This document shows, one piece after another, positions 27,061-41,002 of a stretch of DNA of 64,000 nt; the first letter of the stretch is position 1; each line of letters starts with the position of its first letter. The DNA lies in assembly GCA_030141605.1 (NCBI GenBank), contig JAQGDQ010000350.1:104098-168097 (forward strand), in the 5' to 3' direction. A model generated the notes under the pieces. That model saw nothing but the letters and a program-made list of their open reading frames with translations. It had not been told where the DNA came from and searched no databases. The DNA is from Tubiluchus corallicola. Its lineage: Eukaryota; Animalia; Priapulida. A program made the translations under genes and the position numbers.

Positions 27061-29597
27061 ATCAAGTTGAACATGACCAACACTGAAGCTGTACAAGCAG
27101 TTAACTTCAACTGGCTTTGCTAGATTTAGTCTACTACAAAAAGACAAGTTTAGGGATATTTCAGCATTCGACTGCAAAGTTATGTTATTGTAGAGGGACT
27201 GAAACTCAACTCATTAGGACTAATCATCGAAGAATAGACTTTGGACCAGCAATGTTAACTGTGTTTTTGAAATGGTCACCCGTTAGTTTACTGTCGGGTC
27301 TCTGCTCTACTTAACTTCGATTGCTAAGCTAAGCCCGCCATGTTTTGGCTAATGTAATTTTAGTAGTAGCCACTTATGCTTTTACTATCTTATCTTCGCT
27401 CCGTTTAATTTCAATTAGTAAGTAAAGTCAATCATATTCTAGGGTATGTGATTTTAGGAGTGGTCACTCATCCAACTACTTTCCAGTCTCAGCTCTGGTT
27501 AACTTTAATTGTGAAGGCTACTAATCTTGCCCTAAAGCTAAAATAATATTTTTAAACCGAACAAAAGGCCAATACCAGATGGCACAAGCATTCTGCTAAA
27601 CCTAGTTAGTCCTCCAAAGACTGCCATAAAAGCCCACATACCCACAGCCTAAAAAATTTATAAATGTAATGTTTTACAAAAATAACGTATTAAGGTATAT
27701 GCCAATGGCCTGCAATTAACAATGTTAGGTTGGGAGGTGAATTGGGGTTTGCGAAATTGGTAAGGTAATGAGAAAAAGTGAGCAATGTGACAATGCTTTT
27801 GAGCAAAGATTTACATGATCTGAATAATAATTTAAAATCGTTGTACAGTTCTTTAAACTGCACAATTTTTAATATGCTTCCCTCAAGTAACTACAGTATA
27901 TGTTAGTAGAAAGAAAACTGTCAGTCGTTAATGCCTAGGACTTGTCTGTCTTTAGTGAAAGTTTGTTCTGCTATACAGTAGCGATATGCACTGTACATGT
28001 ACATACTTCTATACACGCGCGCTATGTATAAAAGTACAAATTTTATGTACAGAATGCATACGTCTTACGGTATCACAGAGCTCAATGTCAGAACTTACTG
28101 TACTTATGGGAAGCATTTTGGTAAACAAAATCGCGAATCGTGGTAAAAAAATTCCTGGTTAGAAGCTTTTAAGTACAGCGTGGAGTCTCGTTTAGTAAAT
28201 TTTATAAAATGTTTCTTTTAAAGGCAACACGTAAAAGGAAATCAAGGAACTGCAGGCCCTTGTCAAGCAAAGGAAAGATTGGCCAGGAGGAGACTGCAGG
28301 CTGCCCATCCCATCCCACTACTTACACAAACCAACCTAGTTCCCCCTCAATTTACTCAGTATTAATACTGATATACAACTAGTAAGCAGTAAACGTATTT
28401 ATATACAATGGACTTTCAATATACTAGGAAGAATAAAAGACTCCCTTTATAACATACTTCGTGGGGATGACTGTTTTTCATTTCACACAGTGTGGAGGAC
28501 ATGGCTTTCTCCTAAAGAATGACAGATTTTCATTTCACAAACTGAGGGGATGGGAGGACATGGCTTTTTTCTTAAGCATGACACACTTTCATTTCACAGA
28601 GTAACAAACGATAACAACTTCAACATATCATTAGTTCCCAAGACAGCTATATTGAGGTTTTCAGGCAGCAGTATTTCATTTACTTTATCAAAGAAAAAAG
28701 TGTTCAACAGACTCACTCGAAATCCACAATTACAATTCAGCAATAATGGTGACCGTTATCTTTACATAAAAGGTCACAGTTTAGCTGAGAAAATGCGATT
28801 CTCATGCACTGAAATTGGAGGTTTACCAAATGAAAAATGCTTCTTACACAATGAAAAACTTAAATGAGTTTTAAGCTCTTGTTTGAATTCTGAACAGGAT
28901 GTAATTTCACAAATGTTTTGTGGTAAGTTGTACCACACATTAGTTGTCCACATGAAAAAGATATTTTACAGCTTACATAACAGTAGTTAAAATTTCTGCA
29001 TTTTTAGTACCACTGCACATGTAATACGGGGTAACTTCTTCTACCTTTGGCACCAGTATTGCACTTAAGCAGTGTGGCAATAAGTCAATGATTATTTTGA
29101 AAAAAAGACATACTAATGCAAGCGCGTCACTAATTTAGCGAAACCGCTATCAGACAAGATGCCTGCAGGGAAGATGGAAATGTAGCACTGGAACAAATTC
29201 TAGTAGCAGATAGCTGAATATTTTCTAATAAACGTAAATTATCTTCACTGCATACTGATCACACAACGTTGCCATATTCAATAGCTGGCAGAATAGTCAT
29301 AATGAATAATCATTCGCACGTCGCTCTAGAACTGATATGGCTTTCTTTCTAAAGCACGAATGACTTCTCATTTCAGAGAGGGGATGGGAGGATATGGCTT
29401 TCTTTTAAAGCACGTCAGACTTCCATTTTACGTGGTAGAGGAAGAAAGAAATTCTAGAATTTCTAACTGTAACTTCATTTTAATATTATTGTAATGAAAA
29501 CGATGCATTTTTTATACACCACCCGATATTAGATTCTATTTTGTATATACAGCATAGTACTTTCGTGCAAACTAAATTATTGCTTTTTATTTTTTAG

Positions 29598-30005
29598 CAC
29601 GTAGTTCCAGTGGAGCGAGCTGTTTATGAGGCGGGCTACTATCCACAGGTTTTCCATCCGCAGGAGCTGGAGTCATCGTCTGTCTCCTCTGTGGGTAGTA
29701 GTGACTCGGAGGATTCCGTTGCCAGGGGTATCGAGGCGTGGCAGCTCGATGTTCGTTTCAGGAGAGAGCACGGTTTTGCTCTTCCTGGATACCCCTGGCC
29801 ACCGTCGCCTGGCCGTCCCAGGCGGCGGTCGCATTCAGATGAGGTGGAAGAAGAGCGGGAGCGTGTCCGGCGTGTCCTTGAGGAGCGGGAACGCATTTTG
29901 TCGGACGCGTATGTCGATAGTGACCTGGATACATCGCATGATGTGAGTGATTATGAGAGATGGCGGTGGGAAGCAATCCATGGACAGCGGTGGTTCTCCG
30001 ACTGA
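29598..30005 (+). CDS. Terminal-exon-like ORF (acidic/Arg/Ser-rich, unknown function); inverted near-identical copy of 40595-41002
   Basis: Acceptor ttttttag| at 29597, phase 0, HVVPVERAVYEAGYYP...WFSD*; locally GC-rich; upstream exon uncertain. Confidence 0.45.
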   Translation, partial: HVVPVERAVYEAGYYPQVFHPQELESSSVSSVGSSDSEDSVARGIEAWQLDVRFRREHGFALPGYPWPPSPGRPRRRSHSDEVEEERERVRRVLEERERILSDAYVDSDLDTSHDVSDYERWRWEAIHGQRWFSD

Positions 30006-30258
30006 GGCGTTTTCGGTATGTCTCTTTTCTATACAATTAGTTTGACAGTAAGGCAGTGAACTATCAGAGTTGCTTTGGTTATGTCTGCTAGAACGGGGAG
30101 GTGAGTTCCCCCTTTTGCTCCTCTTCCGACCAATTGGGATAGTATGGCACATGTTTGCTTGGACTGTAAAGTGCAATGGTGTTATCATATGTTCTAATGG
30201 TTTGTATATACAGAAAAGTACTTTAGAGTAAACCAAATTATTGCTTTTTATTTTTTAG

Positions 30259-30860
30259 CACGTTGTTCCAATTTTACCAGTGGAGCGAGCTGTTTATGAG
30301 GCAGGCTGCTATCCACAGGTGTTCCATCCAGAGGACTTGCATTCATCATCTGTCTCCTCTGTGGGTAGCAGTGACTCGGAGTATTCTGTTGCCAGGGGTA
30401 TCGAGGCGTGGCAGCATGATGTTCATTTAAGGAGAGAGCACGGATTTGCTCTTCCTGGCTTCCCCTGGCCACCGTCGCCTGGCCGTCCCAGGCAGCGGAC
30501 ACACTCAGATGAGGTGGCAATTTTAGAGAGGAGAGCTTTTCCAACCGGCGAGGGCTGGCCGATTCCAATTCATCGGATGAGGCCTGCCAACTTCAGACTA
30601 CACCTGTATGCGAGAAGGCGTGTTGCATGAGTGGTTGCACCTGATGATGTAGGATAGACAATTACACTGTTCTGCTACTTTATTAAGACACAAGAAAAAT
30701 TTTACAGAGGAAATGGAAGTGGCCATTTTAGCGACTTTAGAGGCTTCAATTGGTTTACCCATTGCCATGGTGATGGAAACATCAACCAGAGATGTGCCAC
30801 TAACAGATCCACCTCTGCCTGTCCATGGCGTTATCAACAGCAGGATGGGAGAGAGTAGGT
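30259..30860 (+). pseudogene. Degenerate, rearranged copy of C2HC-finger gene exons
   Basis: Truncated copy of the terminal exon fused to an AFPTGEG exon copy with an in-frame stop, then a half finger CHGDGNINQRCATNRSTSACP at about 30763-30825. Confidence 0.55.
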
Positions 30861-32339
30861 GGAAGCGTTACAGATTTTTTTGTAATTTTAACCAGACAAA
30901 AAGAAATTTTGTTTTTCTGGATTTCTCATTTAATGTGCAATTGTCAAAAGTGCACAGTTAGAACTGACTATCAACTCTTAAACATCAAAAGTCATTATTA
31001 GATATAAAATTGATACTTATTTAGACATTGTCTCTAAACATGTTAAATGGGCAAAAGTAAGCCTACTTCAAAAATACGCTGCTAGACATGATTAAAAAAC
31101 GGGGAAATTTAGTGCAAAAGATCTGGTAATAATCTTTGGTTTGTTAGAAATTACCGGCAGCTTTATGTAAATTACAAATGCTACTTGCCGCCAATGAACA
31201 GTGATGCACAACCGTTACACATAGTAGCTTGTTTATGCAGAAATAATAGATGTGCAAAAAATGGTTTCCCTCATTTTGAAATGACAGCATTTAAGAATAC
31301 CAAATAACAGGTATAGTAACAAATGACAAGTCATAGCAGGTCTTTTTAAATGAATCTCTTGATCATTTTATGTTATGCAAATTTGGGACGAAATCAGATA
31401 GGTATTAATTGATTATTACTTTAAATTGGTTTTACGTGCTTTAAGAAATCACGGTAAAAGAAGAGGAGTAATTGATTCAAGTGTTACGACAATTAGCCTT
31501 AAAAATTTCTAAATTATATCTTTATTTCTGCTGCTTTCACGTGACGAAACACCCAAATTTTATCAAGGAATGAAAGCGGACATTTTAAGGCTTTTAGAGA
31601 ATTCAACAACGCCTCTAACTGCTTTCACAAGTATTTTAGACCTTATTCAACAATTATTTAGACCATATGGGAGGCCATTTCAGATTCTTCGTGCACTACT
31701 ATCAAGTTTCCATGCTGCCCACTCACTTTTGTAAACTTTATTTCTGTGACTGAAAATGAAGCAATTTGTCAGACACAAACCAATTTTGAGACAGCAAATA
31801 TTTCAAGCGGCAGCAGAATTTATTCCCGCATTGTACTGATTAACACAGCGAGATTAACTTCGACACAACAAAAATCTCAGTCAATAGTTCTGCAAAAAAA
31901 CACGAAAAGTTAAATGATAATTATGCAGCTACTCAATGTAACATTTCTTTACCTAAAGACCACAACTCACGCAATAATTAACTAATCAAATTAATGTTGC
32001 AGAAAATCTTCTGGGTGTTGATCATTAAAATGGTAATGACCCATAATCAACAATAGCCAATAGACATACGACAGAACAACAAAAAAATAGAATAATCTGT
32101 ACGCATCAACATTGTCACGCACCCTTTGGCTGTGGGTATGAACTGAGTAAAATTTAGAGAATGGAAAGATTTTTCGACTGTCATTTGCAGCCAAAATTTA
32201 CAAGCACCTTGAGAGAACAACAGCTCTTAAGAGAAAAACTACAGTGGTGTGTGCGGACTGCTTCGCCATGCAACCTGTTACTGTAACCATTTAAAAACCA
32301 ACGGAAAATAATAATCGAATAGAGAATGTTTTTCGTGTT

Positions 32340-32845
32340 TCTAAAAGGGCAGTTCCGATTCGTCGGGTGAGGCCTGCTAACTTCAGACGGTTGCATGAGT
32401 GGTTGCTACTGATCGGGTAGGATAATTCTACATTATTACTCTGTTCTGTTACTTTATTACGACACAAGAAAATTTTTACTGAGGAAATGGAAGTGGCCAT
32501 TTTAACGACTTTAGAGGCTTCAACGCCTCTAACTGCTGCTTTTGCGTGTTTGCTGAACAAGGATTTATTTTTCAGAGCTTGTCCAACCGGAGAGGGGCAG
32601 CCGGTCCCAGTTCGTTGGGTGCGGTCTGCCAATTTCGAACCGCACCCATGTGCAGGAAGGCGTGTGGTACACGCGGTTGCTGTTTTTTGTTTTTGTCTTT
32701 TAGGCAAAGATGCTCAAACTTTCAGGTCTGTTGCAGGCGTGGCGTGGCAACGTCATTGAGGGTTGGGCCAGGCACTATGTGATGGCAAACTATTCGTGTA
32801 ACAGTTGATGCTGGGCTTGTCTGGCCCTTCGTCTCACCTGGTAAG
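32340..32845 (+). pseudogene. Degenerate copies of the PTGEG exon and a frameshifted C2HC-finger exon
   Basis: tttcag|AGCTTGTCCAACCGGAGAG at about 32575; ttttag|GCAAAGATGC...CACCTG|GTAAGC at about 32704-32840, homologous to 43799-43930 but frameshifted. Confidence 0.6.
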
Positions 32846-35024
32846 CCGACTTTCTTTAAAATTTTAACCTGACAAAAAAGGAAATCTAATTTTTCCGGCA
32901 TTTTCATTTGATGTTCATTCGGTGTGTCTACTATAAAAATACGCTGCCAGACATGATTAAAAAATGGTTAAAACATTACCTCCTACTTAACAAGCGTTCT
33001 GCGAAAAAGCAACCAAAAGTTGAATGATAATTACGCAACTCGTCAATGTTGCATCCAATGTTGCACTGACTTAAAAACCACAACAATTAGATACCCAATT
33101 TAATGTTACAAAAAAGCTTCTGATTTTTGATCATATAAATGGCATAGACCCATAATTATATAATCATCAATACCCAATAGGGGCATACGACAGAACAACA
33201 AGTTCTTGTAAAAAAAAACTAGAATCATCTGTGTGCACAACGTTGTGAAGCAGCCTATTGCTGTAACTATGAACCAAATGAGATTTAGAGAATGGAAGAA
33301 TTTTTCCACTATCATCTACAGCCAAAATTTACAAGCACTTTGACAGAACAACGGCTCTTAGGACAAAAACCAGAATTATGTCTGTGGGACTGCTTCTCCA
33401 AAAAACTAAAACGTGTTTACAAATGAAAACGTTTCTCAACTGAAAAGAAATCTGCAAAAATCAACATTAAAACAAACTGTTCAAAGACACATGACAACAA
33501 CAACAATTACGACAACAGCTGATATTCACCAAACGAATTCACTTTACTGAAAATCTTGTGGTTTCTTTACAAAGAACATAGTTGTAGTGGGGATCCAGGA
33601 GATGATGATGATGATGATGATGGTGATTGTTATCATGAAAATACTGTAAAATAATATAATTCTTGTTGGAAAAACAATACACTTCTACATAGAAATGTCA
33701 ATGGTTCCTGTCAAGGAAGAAAAAAATGCGTTTCTGCATTCAATGAAGCATGACCAATTGTGAAAAATCTAGACAGAACATGCAAACTTGTTCGTTCACT
33801 ATTCACTCAATCAACCGAAAACCATTTAATACAATAGCCGATAAAGTGACGTGACGTCTATCGATTTTGACAGTTATTTTACCATAAATAGGTTAGTTAC
33901 TGTTACTGAAAGAAACGTTACTTGTCTTTTCCAGTAAATAGTAAAATTTAATGTGAGGTTTGCAATTGTATTGTCACATTTTTTCATTCTGTTTCTCATA
34001 TGCAAAAACTTTTTATCAAAAACAGTAAAATCCTTTTTCACATTGATTTTCTCTTGGTTCGTATTCAATGTTGTTATTTACCGCAAAGATGTGTTCTCCT
34101 GCATCGAGCAATGTCAAACTTTAGAAAACTCTTTGCTCTAAACTTCGTGCAGAATAACTATTGAATTTCTGCTGCTAAACCTACTAATTGAAATGACATT
34201 CTTTTCAGATGCTGCAATGGATTGGGGACCGTGGATGCTAGGCATACGGTACACAGGAGCATATAGCTTGTTCCTACAAGTACGAGGATAGAAGAGAGAG
34301 AGAAATTTTTGCTGACACTGAGCCTAAAAGACGACTGCAAGATCTTCACAGATATTCACAAATCCGTGTTCTAAATGTCATGCAAAATAACTACAGAATT
34401 TCAGCTGCCAAGTTATCGGAAGAGAGGTAATGTCAATTATTACTTATTTATTTATTTATTTATTATTGTTTTGTGATACAATGTTAGACCTACTATCCCG
34501 TGGTCAGCAAAATTAACTAACTAAACCATCGGTATAGGTCACACAGGACTACAGCTGCATGTCCGTGGATGTACGAGCATCAGAAAAGAGTAGAGACTCT
34601 AGCGCTTGACGGTCTCTAGAAGTTATCCTAAACAAGCCCAAGCCAGTATCAGTTAATCACCAAATTCACTCGATTAGAACTACACAATGAATCATAGGCG
34701 CTTGTTTACTGTTTTTACCATGTTCGAAAGCGCTAGGCAAGCTATGCAGTTGGCTAGGGCACCAAGTTTTAGAGGGGGTGCCAACTTTTAAAAATCTTTA
34801 GTTTCTAAGTTTAGCATAACTGAGAACATTTTTGAAAAATGGCTTAAGTACGCAACACTCATTAAACGAAACGAACTACTTGAATGATTTTCCTGTCAAA
34901 ATTCGTGATTCATTCATTTCAACAAATGACTTCGCACAGCTAAACGCTTTTTACTTTTACTCTCGTCTGGTTTTACATAATATTATGCCATTTCATTAAG
35001 AAACTACTGACGTGCTTTCGCCCA

Positions 35025-35148
35025 GTTTATACTGTATGAATACGAGATATTTATACTGTATGCATACAAGATATTTATACTGTATGCATACAAGATATTT
35101 ATACTGTATGCATACAAGATATTTATACTGTATGCATACAAGATATAT
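35025..35148. repeat. Minisatellite, 24-bp unit x5
   Basis: agatatttatactgtatgcataca repeated. Confidence 0.9.
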
Positions 35149-35779
35149 AAGCATTCTTCTATAAGCATATATAAAGACCTTCCGTTAATAAAAGACGACT
35201 TGCAATAAAATTCATCTAATTATGGCACATAAGCCTTTCAGAATCAAAGCCATCAAGAGCGGAGTAAACAAAGGTAAAACTCGGGTGAGTGGCGACGGTG
35301 AAAAACAAAAAGAAGAACTGCTAAAGGAAAAGACTTTGAAAAAGTTTCCAAAATTTTCTAATGAAAAGGTTCAACGAAAATCTGCCCGGAACCAGAAATT
35401 GCACAAATTTGTGATCGGGTCATAAATGAAATTTCAAATTCAATCGGTACACCTAGTTAGTACACTACAATAAATTTATAAAACCAAGAGGTCTCACGCA
35501 CATGTAATAGTCATAAAGTACCACTATACTTTATAATATTCAATATTTGGGTGTGGTGGGTGGTGGCTGCGGGAGAAGGGACAGAACGTTGAAAAGAGGG
35601 CACTAGAAATTATTTTGTCTTGTTGTTGCTATTGATCACATTACACAAAACTTTTCCATTAATATTTCTTCTTCAGACGACAGCATGCAAATGCTTCATG
35701 TGTTGTAAACTACACTGACCACCAAAGACCAATAACGTGCAAACATCTCACCTAGTGGTTTAGGGAGTAAGCAGTAACA

Positions 35780-38700
35780 CAGTGATTATTTATTTATTGT
35801 TTGGATTATTTACATAACTGTAGTAATTATTTATTTATTGTTTGGATTATTTATATAACTGTCACCTCAATTGTCTCTTAGAACTCAAGAATGGAGCTAA
35901 GTCGTCAAACTTGAGCAGGTCACAGCAAGAGATGGAAGAAAAATTGTGGTTGGGTAGGTGGTGACATGGGGGGCAGTTTAAGGTCAAAGTTTACAACAAG
36001 TTAAGGACTACAAGTGGCTGGGCAAACAAAGGGATTCCCCTTACTGTACCAAGTGAGGAAGTGGCATTAGAGAAGCGGACGGGGACCTTGAGTGGGTGGA
36101 TTAAAGTCAAAGAAGATGAAAGTTCAAAAACTACTACAGAAAGGAGGTTAGAAAACTGCAAGGAGCATGGTGACAGACATTATGCAACTAATAACAAGAG
36201 ATAGATGAGTAACGAAGATGGGATATTCAGCGAGTTTGAATGTGTAGTTCACAGGTAAAGGTTAAAACAAAAGCACAACGGCAAAAAATTCGGCAAGGAA
36301 AGGTAGAGACGTTGCTGTACCAGGTGAAAAAGGAGTTTGATGAAGTAATCAATGACTCTAGATTTGTGGTTGAAGGAGAAAGGATGCTACGATTTAGAAA
36401 CAATTATAAAAAACAGTTGCATTAAAGCAGTAAGGAGGAGTTTTGTGCCCGAACTGATGCAACTCATGTGACTCAAGGTCAAAGGTCATAACAATTCCTA
36501 CGCGTAGGTGGTCTGAGGTGACAGGCTGGAAAACAATTACAAAGCAACGAGGAGTTGGGAAAGCAGAAGATTACAACGTATTGTACTCGTGGGGGGAGGG
36601 GGGACTTTATCTTTTGATTCAAAATGCAGTGACAACTAAAAATCTCTATAAAAGGACAGTTGACAGGACTACGGTCAGCTGACTTACCTATAATGACGAA
36701 GACAGTGATACGGATTGATAAAAAGTGCCTGCTTTCTTACAACAAAAACATAACTTGCAACTGATCATTAAATTATATCTGCTGCTAAAAAAGCTTTTCT
36801 CAATCTAATATCAAGTTTTTTGCTGTAATTTCAGTTAAATTATTGCAGTAAAAACAAGTTTTATTTCACCAACAAAGGGCAACATTCCAAGATGGTTTTG
36901 TAATATAATTGCCAGAGCTTTTCTTGACAATTTAGTTAAAACTTTAGTCATAACTTCTTCAACACACAACGCATCACGTGCTCAAGTTACCGCAGGAGTC
37001 TGTTAATTAATATAATCCTAATTAGTGCAGCTCTAACTGCAAGATATTCAAAGTTTTACAAAGTACAAGCTGCGTCTTACTGTTTTCTTATTCATCTCGT
37101 GAATTTCGGACGACTTTGTAAGGCTTTGAATAAAATAATCTACTCTTTAATTAATAATTAGCAAGCGGCTCTAACGTGGCAAGGAGAGTAGGACCTTTTA
37201 AATAATGTAAATCTCATAAAAATAACAAAAAATGTTGACTGTTGAGACCCCTACGCTCCTTACCAGCCGCCCTGTTACTAATACTAACTAAAACTAAAAC
37301 TAACTAGCAATAATTATTAGTAACTTTCACTAATTATTACTAACTATCACTAACTATTGCTAAAACTGCTGCAGCTTGAACATGTGGCACATCAGATTTT
37401 TTGTGACAGTTTTTGAATAATTTCCGAACATTTTTGAAATTAAAACAGTCTTGAAATTGCCCAAGTAAATGGATTTTCAACAAGTTTTGTTCTCAGAACT
37501 AGGAGCTCAGAAAATGTCTACACTACAGTAACTTAATGATTACGTTTTTCACCCAGAATGTGTTGCGTAAATTAGTGCAGCAGATGTAATTAGTAACCTA
37601 GCTAGCATTGGTCTACTGATTAATTGCAAGTGAAATTAGTATCGATACAGCAGCACACTACTGCACAACAGTTTAATCACAGGAGACCGTAAAACAAAAA
37701 GTAGACATAATAAATATTTGAGCTATTATAAAAAAATAAAAAACTGTAAATAACAGAAATGATATTTTAAATGAAATATCCAAGAAATTGAAAAAACACG
37801 ATGTTTTACAGTTTTTACTGTTGTGTAGGCTGTTGATGTTGATGTAGAAACAAACCGTTTACTGTTGATGTAGAAACAAAAAATTGAAAATGGCACGCAG
37901 TTGTAAGGTCTAATGTTTTACAGCTAGAAATTTGCACACGGTTGTAAGGTCTCCTGTTCTAGATTGAGAGGCAAAATGAATAATATTAGCACATGGATTG
38001 CCATGTTATTTGCTTTTTAGCAGTAATTCAGCACAACTGCCTTTTTATAGATGTTTTGAGTTACCACAGCTTTTGACAATTAGTCACCCTTCCTTCAGTA
38101 AAATACGTTGCAAGTCTTTGCTTTCCTAACTGCTGCTGGTTTTAGCAATTGCGGCAGCCCATGACTTCGAACCACCTACATTTTACAATTGTGTGGCTTC
38201 TGACCTTGAACCTCCCTCTAAATTACATCAGTTTGGACACCCTCAGCTCCTTGCATTTTTATAACTGTCTCTTATAATAGTTTTTAAGTCTTAACATTCT
38301 TTACCTAGAACAACCAATCAAAACTCACTGATTACAACACAAAACTCGTTCTCTGCCCAGTACAGCAAGTTCTCCAGCTTTGCTTGCCAAATTCATTGCA
38401 GGTGTGCAATTATTGCAACCTTTAACTGTGAACTACCCACTGAAACTCACAAAATACCCATCTTAGTTACTCGCCCATTTCGTATTATGAGTCGCATAAG
38501 GTTGGTCAGCAAGTTCCTTGTAGTTTTATAACTTCCTCGCTGCAGTAGTAGTGAACCTCCACCTTCGTTGACCTCAATCCACCCACTCAAGGTCACCGAA
38601 CACTTCTCCAATGTCACTTCCTCACTTGGTATAGTAAGAAGAATACCTCTGTGAGCCCACCCCCTTGCAGTCCTGAACTTCTTGCAAACTTTAACTTTAA

Positions 38701-38850
38701 ACCTCCCACCAATGTCACCGGCTATCCAACTGAAATTTGCCTCCCATCTCGTACTGTAACTTACTCAAGTTTGGTGACTTAGCTCCTTACAATTGATGAA
38801 TTGCAAGACACAATGGAGATGACAATTACATAAATTAAATAATCACTGTG
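35780..38850. repeat. Diverged inverted repeat pair (about 35780-36530 vs about 38160-38850)
   Basis: e.g. taccaagtgaggaagtggcattagagaag..gaccttgagtgggtggatt (36047-36102) matches the reverse complement of 38575-38631. Confidence 0.75.
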
Positions 38851-40594
38851 TTGGAAGGTATCATTTTGACATTGTAAATGAAAATCTTCTACTGATATTT
38901 AGAGCAAGACTAGACATTTTTAGGCAAAACACTGGGCAGGGAAACAGCCGTTTTGAGGAAGGAAGTTACGCATCCTTGTGCTTGTTAAGTGTATGGATAA
39001 AAGGCTAATCAAAAAACTAATTTCAGTTCCGAGGTACAGTCAGTCCTAAAGCTATTTCTGGACTTTATAGATTTCTCACAATTGAACACGTCAGAAACTG
39101 CGAATATCTGTCATGTCAAAAACTGACTGACATCACCTTGAAGGTACGAAGTAAACGTGCTCAATGCGCATGCGTTGGTTGAAAAGAACAAATGAAACAA
39201 TCTAGATTAAACGTGCAAAATCCTGCCTAGCAATCATCAAACAAAACGATACCCAAGACACCATCCAAGGAACGCCAAAAAACTGCAAGTTTGTCTTAGT
39301 GGTTAAGAAAAGTTTTTAAGCAAATTTTCTTTAAATCATTAAATGAAGTGCCACTAGAAAAACCCAATAGAAACAATAGAACAAACCTTAGCTTACATGC
39401 AGACCAACTTTGCCAGTACATACATGGAAATACAAAAACAGGGGAGTGAACACCCCACCTGCTATATTGTCACTCAGAGAAAAATGACAGATTGCAATAC
39501 GCAATCTCGAAAATGAGTATGCCAAAAATGGCATATGAATTTCATATACTTGATTCCGTGGCGACTAAATATTTGACTGCTACTAAACTCAAACATTAAA
39601 AAGAAAAGTTTTAGAGACCATCAACTAGGTGGCTCCACTTCATTACTTGACTTATCTTGACAAACAACAAACTCATCAGAACCTGAACAGAAAGAGGAAT
39701 GTCCTTCAAATCAAAGTGTTGTGAGAATAATCTCACAATTTAAGAATACTGAGATTTAACGATTATATGAAAAATATCAATTTAAGATTATATGAAAAAG
39801 TGTTTCATATAAAACTTAGTATGAGGATAATTATAATAATGGCTTTTTCTATGACATAACACACAATGAAATATAACAGTAAAAAATGTTAAAAACCTTG
39901 TTGTTGCATTGAGCATCTAATGTCTCCACTGCTTGTGGAAAACATTGCTTTGGACATCTGATCTGGTCTGTGTCGCCACTCCTTGCATTTTATATATTGT
40001 AGAGAATTTCATGTTACCACTCATTGGATTGCACATCTGATGTTCACAGTAATTGCAGAGAATTTTGCATAGAACATACGATGTTACCACTCATTGGATT
40101 GCACATCTGATGTTCACAGTAATTGCAGAGAATGTTGCATAGAACACACGATGTTGCCAAACCACACCATTGCACGTATTCCTATATGAAAACGAAAAAA
40201 AGGTAAAAATGCTACAATCGCTTGCATGAAAAACATCAGTACTTTGGCATGTTGGCAGGGTGAGATGAAAATTGCTGTTACACATTTAGGATAATGGGTA
40301 AAAGAAAAATTTCTTGTGCCATACAGACAGAGGAGGAGGAGGAGGAGCAAGAGGAGGACTTGACCTTCCCATCCTAGCCAGCATAAGTGTCATACTATCC
40401 CAACTAGTCAGAAGAGGAGCAAGAGGAGGACTTGACCTTCCCGTCCTAGCAAACATAAGTGACATACTATCCCAATTGGTCGGAAGAGGAGCAATAGGGG
40501 GAACTCACCTCCCCGTCCTAACCAAAGCAACTCTGATAGTTCACTGCCTTACTGTCAAACTAATTGTATAGAAAAGAGACATACCGAAAACGCC

Positions 40595-41002
40595 TCAGTC
40601 GGAGAACCACCGCTGTCCATGGATTGCTTCCCACCGCCATCTCTCATAATCACTCACATCATGCGATGTATCCAGGTCACTATCGACATACGCGTCCGAC
40701 AAAATGCGTTCCCGCTCCTCAAGGACACGCCGGACACGCTCCCGCTCTTCTTCCACCTCATCTGAATGCGACCGCCGCCTGGGACGGCCAGGCGACGGTG
40801 GCCAGGGGTATCCAGGAAGAGCAAAACCGTGCTCTCTCCTGAAACGAACATCGAGCTGCCACGCCTCGATACCCCTGGCAACGGAATCCTCCGAGTCACT
40901 ACTACCCACAGAGGAGACAGACGATGACTCCAGCTCCTGTGGATGGAAAACCTGTGGATAGTAGCCCGCCTCATAAACAGCTCGCTCCAATGGAACTACG
41001 TG
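40595..41002 (-). CDS. Putative terminal exon of the C2HC-finger gene
   Basis: Acceptor ttttttag| at 41003, phase 0, open to the stop at 40595; joins in frame to exon 42622-42697. Confidence 0.55.
   Translation of the reverse strand, partial: HVVPLERAVYEAGYYPQVFHPQELESSSVSSVGSSDSEDSVARGIEAWQLDVRFRREHGFALPGYPWPPSPGRPRRRSHSDEVEEERERVRRVLEERERILSDAYVDSDLDTSHDVSDYERWRWEAIHGQRWFSD

Noticed and set aside
39950-40160. Cys/His-rich coding fragment (CTSDVHSNCRECCIEH)
   Set aside because: It lies in a 70-bp local duplication with frameshifts and has no convincing splice sites or domain pattern.
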